A DNA stretch of 24,000 nt from Lancefieldella rimae ATCC 49626. Lineage in GTDB: Bacteria > Actinomycetota > Coriobacteriia > Coriobacteriales > Atopobiaceae. Position 1 is the stretch's first letter. Each line of letters opens with the position of its first letter. The notes beneath the pieces are model-generated. The model was not told the DNA's origin. It saw only the letters and a list, made by a program, of their open reading frames with translations, and did no database searches. This document shows, one piece after another, positions 22,052-24,000 of this stretch. The stretch lies in contig NZ_ACFE01000002.1 of NCBI RefSeq assembly GCF_000174015.1, positions 290,430 through 314,429 of the forward strand, given 5' to 3'. Both the position numbers and the translations under genes were made by a program.

Positions 22052-23803
22052 ATGCTTAGGTATTTGTATTTCAATCAAAAAGGCAAACTAATCCTATTCA
22101 TTGTCTTCTCCCTCTTAAGCAGTCTGTTTGAAATTGCGCTTTCATACGTGATGCTTCAGTCTATTGATCTTGCCATGAGCGGCAAACTCTCGGACGCCTT
22201 GAACTATGGACTTTGGTTTGGCTTGTATATTTTCTGCTACTTCTTCGTGGACCTGGTATGCAGGCGCCTGCGGTGGTCCGTGCTCCGTGGCAGTCAGTCA
22301 CACCTTCGTGATGATTTGATGAGCCGTATTCTTGGTCAGTCGATTCCTGAGTTCCATACGCACAACACGAGTCATTGGCTCTCGGTACTTACCAATGACC
22401 TTGATTTGATCGATGAGACGTATTTCCGTGTTTTCATGGATACGCTGGTAGACATCTTCTCTGGCATAGTCAGTTTAGTGGTGCTTCTGTTTATCTCGCC
22501 ATGGCTTGTTTTATTCATTTTTGCTATGATTGCCATTCAGATGCTGATTCCTAAAGTCATGGCTCCACGTATTTCCAAAAGGCGAGCAGAACAGTCCAAG
22601 TCTGCAGAGCGTTTTACGGCTACCGCCAATGAGCACCTTGAAGGTTTCGATCTTCTCAGAAGTTTCCATCTTACGGAAGCTTCGCGAGAAGCAATGAGTA
22701 AAGCAAACCAAAGCTGGGAAGAGAGTAAATTCCAAGCGCGTTATTTTGGTTCGTTGGCGCGTCTGCTTTCGTTTACCGTCGGCCAGGTTATCTATATCGG
22801 TATTTATTTCATTGGTGCCATCCTTACCCTTCAGGGTTTGATGACGGTTGGTATGATGGTGGCTGCTTCTCAGCTTGTGGTCTATATTGCAAATCCTATT
22901 CAAAATGTAAGCGACGCCATTACCGATATGCGCGGTGCTGAAGAGATTATCAAAAAGTTCCGCGCTCTTCTCGATAAGAGAAGTGCTGTTGAAGACGGAA
23001 CAAAAGATATTCCTCAGCGGTTTTCAAACCTTACCGTGGATCATGTGTCGTATAGCTATGACAAAGAGCGTCCTATTCTGTCTGATGTGTGCCTCAGTTT
23101 AGAGCACGGTGGCAAGTATCTTCTTGAAGGTGATTCGGGAAGTGGTAAAACTACGTTGATACAGTTGCTTACCGATGCGATGAAGCCGGATGCAGGACGG
23201 ATTCTTTTGGATGGACAGCCTATTGGGCAGTATAAAGCCGAACAGTATGCGCGTTTTATCATCCCATGTTCTCAGCAGACTTTCATTTTTAACGCGAGCA
23301 TCAGGGATAATATCACGTTGTTCTGCAAAGATTTTACTGACAATGCCGTAATTGCCGCCCTTAAGAAATCGGGTTTTGAAGAGATTCTTACTCGCTATCC
23401 GGATGGGCTTGATCACAAGATTGATCAGTCGGGGAGTAGTTTGTCCGGTGGAGAGCGACAAAGGCTGGCACTGGCTCGGATTTTTCTGTTTGAACCACAG
23501 ATCGTGATCTATGACGAAAGCTTTGCGCATTTGGATGCCGCATCAGTGGAGAGCTTGATTGATGCGGTTATGGAGGATGAGGACAGGACCGTCATCATGA
23601 CATCCCATCAAGTAACCCCAGCGATACGTAATCGGTTCCAATCGCTTGTGCTGAAAGACGGAAGCGTTCAGACGTGTGGTGGAAACGTGCAGGCATCGGT
23701 TTCGGCATCTGCTCTCACGTCATTTTGGGATGAGTTAGGCGATCGCACGTATAAAGAAGCAATTAGTGAGTGGAAAATGAGAGACTACGAGGCTCTTGAT
23801 TAG
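22052..23803 (+). CDS. ABC exporter half-transporter (N-terminal 6-TM domain fused to an ATPase domain)
   Basis: The protein is 583 aa, preceded by AGAGGGAG. Walker A is GDSGSGKTTL, the Q-loop is PCSQQTFIF, the signature is LSGGERQRLALARI, Walker B is IVIYDESFAHLD and the H-loop is MTSHQ. A C-terminal extension of about 60 aa follows the nucleotide-binding domain and has no motif I recognise. Confidence 0.9.
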   Translation: MLRYLYFNQKGKLILFIVFSLLSSLFEIALSYVMLQSIDLAMSGKLSDALNYGLWFGLYIFCYFFVDLVCRRLRWSVLRGSQSHLRDDLMSRILGQSIPEFHTHNTSHWLSVLTNDLDLIDETYFRVFMDTLVDIFSGIVSLVVLLFISPWLVLFIFAMIAIQMLIPKVMAPRISKRRAEQSKSAERFTATANEHLEGFDLLRSFHLTEASREAMSKANQSWEESKFQARYFGSLARLLSFTVGQVIYIGIYFIGAILTLQGLMTVGMMVAASQLVVYIANPIQNVSDAITDMRGAEEIIKKFRALLDKRSAVEDGTKDIPQRFSNLTVDHVSYSYDKERPILSDVCLSLEHGGKYLLEGDSGSGKTTLIQLLTDAMKPDAGRILLDGQPIGQYKAEQYARFIIPCSQQTFIFNASIRDNITLFCKDFTDNAVIAALKKSGFEEILTRYPDGLDHKIDQSGSSLSGGERQRLALARIFLFEPQIVIYDESFAHLDAASVESLIDAVMEDEDRTVIMTSHQVTPAIRNRFQSLVLKDGSVQTCGGNVQASVSASALTSFWDELGDRTYKEAISEWKMRDYEALD

Positions 23804-24000
23804 TCTTACGTTTTCGACGTCTCTTGTGAGAATTCCATACTAATAAAGCTGTTTATAGTAAATTGAGTATCCATAAGTTAGAAAATCTACTATTAACGGA
23901 CTTAGATGTTGTATAAAAACCACGCTAGAGGGAATACTACTCTCGATTAAAAATGATTTCCAGCACGTCTGTTACTGTGCTTGGCGATGGATCAAAGCCC

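Noticed and set aside
23937-24000. A possible 3' end of a minus-strand gene (...GFDPSPSTVTDVLEIIFNRE*) at the right edge of the window
   Set aside because: Only about 21 codons are visible and they carry no diagnostic motif. That is too little to support a call.

Overview
The window looks like a chromosomal segment from a moderate-GC actinobacterium, possibly Coriobacteriia or Atopobiaceae. That guess rests only on the dnaK-grpE-dnaJ-hspR synteny and the base composition. I found no rRNA, tRNA or CRISPR array.

Layout, left to right:
1. A 3'-truncated RpiR/SIS regulator on the minus strand, divergent from a Tat-signal lipoprotein.
2. A rearrangement scar, where the C-terminal remnant of an IS110-like transposase abuts a 5'-truncated dps.
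3. A tight nine-gene operon at 3363-11956. It reproduces the full gene content of the uncharacterised E. coli yhfZ-yhfY-yhfX-yhfW-php-yhfU-yhfT-yhfS cluster in a different order, and adds an unusually short amidase-signature-like protein.
4. A fructose-6-phosphate aldolase, preceded by a 37-codon ORF with a strong Shine-Dalgarno sequence.
5. A compositionally foreign islet with no integrase, at about 13.1-17.4 kb. It carries an AAA_14/DUF4143 ATPase with a nuclease-like tail, a RhuM-family protein, and a very AT-rich HAD-IB phosphatase with a long helical tail. It is introduced by a striking set of perfect palindromes.
6. The GC-rich dnaK-grpE-dnaJ-hspR heat-shock operon, in which DnaJ has no cysteines and no canonical HspR operator is visible.
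7. An ABC half-transporter (exporter).

The best candidate for an undescribed system is the yhf/php-type operon, an orphan catabolic and transport pathway with a PRD-linked module. The accessory islet and its palindrome array come second.

All calls rest on reading the sequence and on remembered family motifs. No database search was run.
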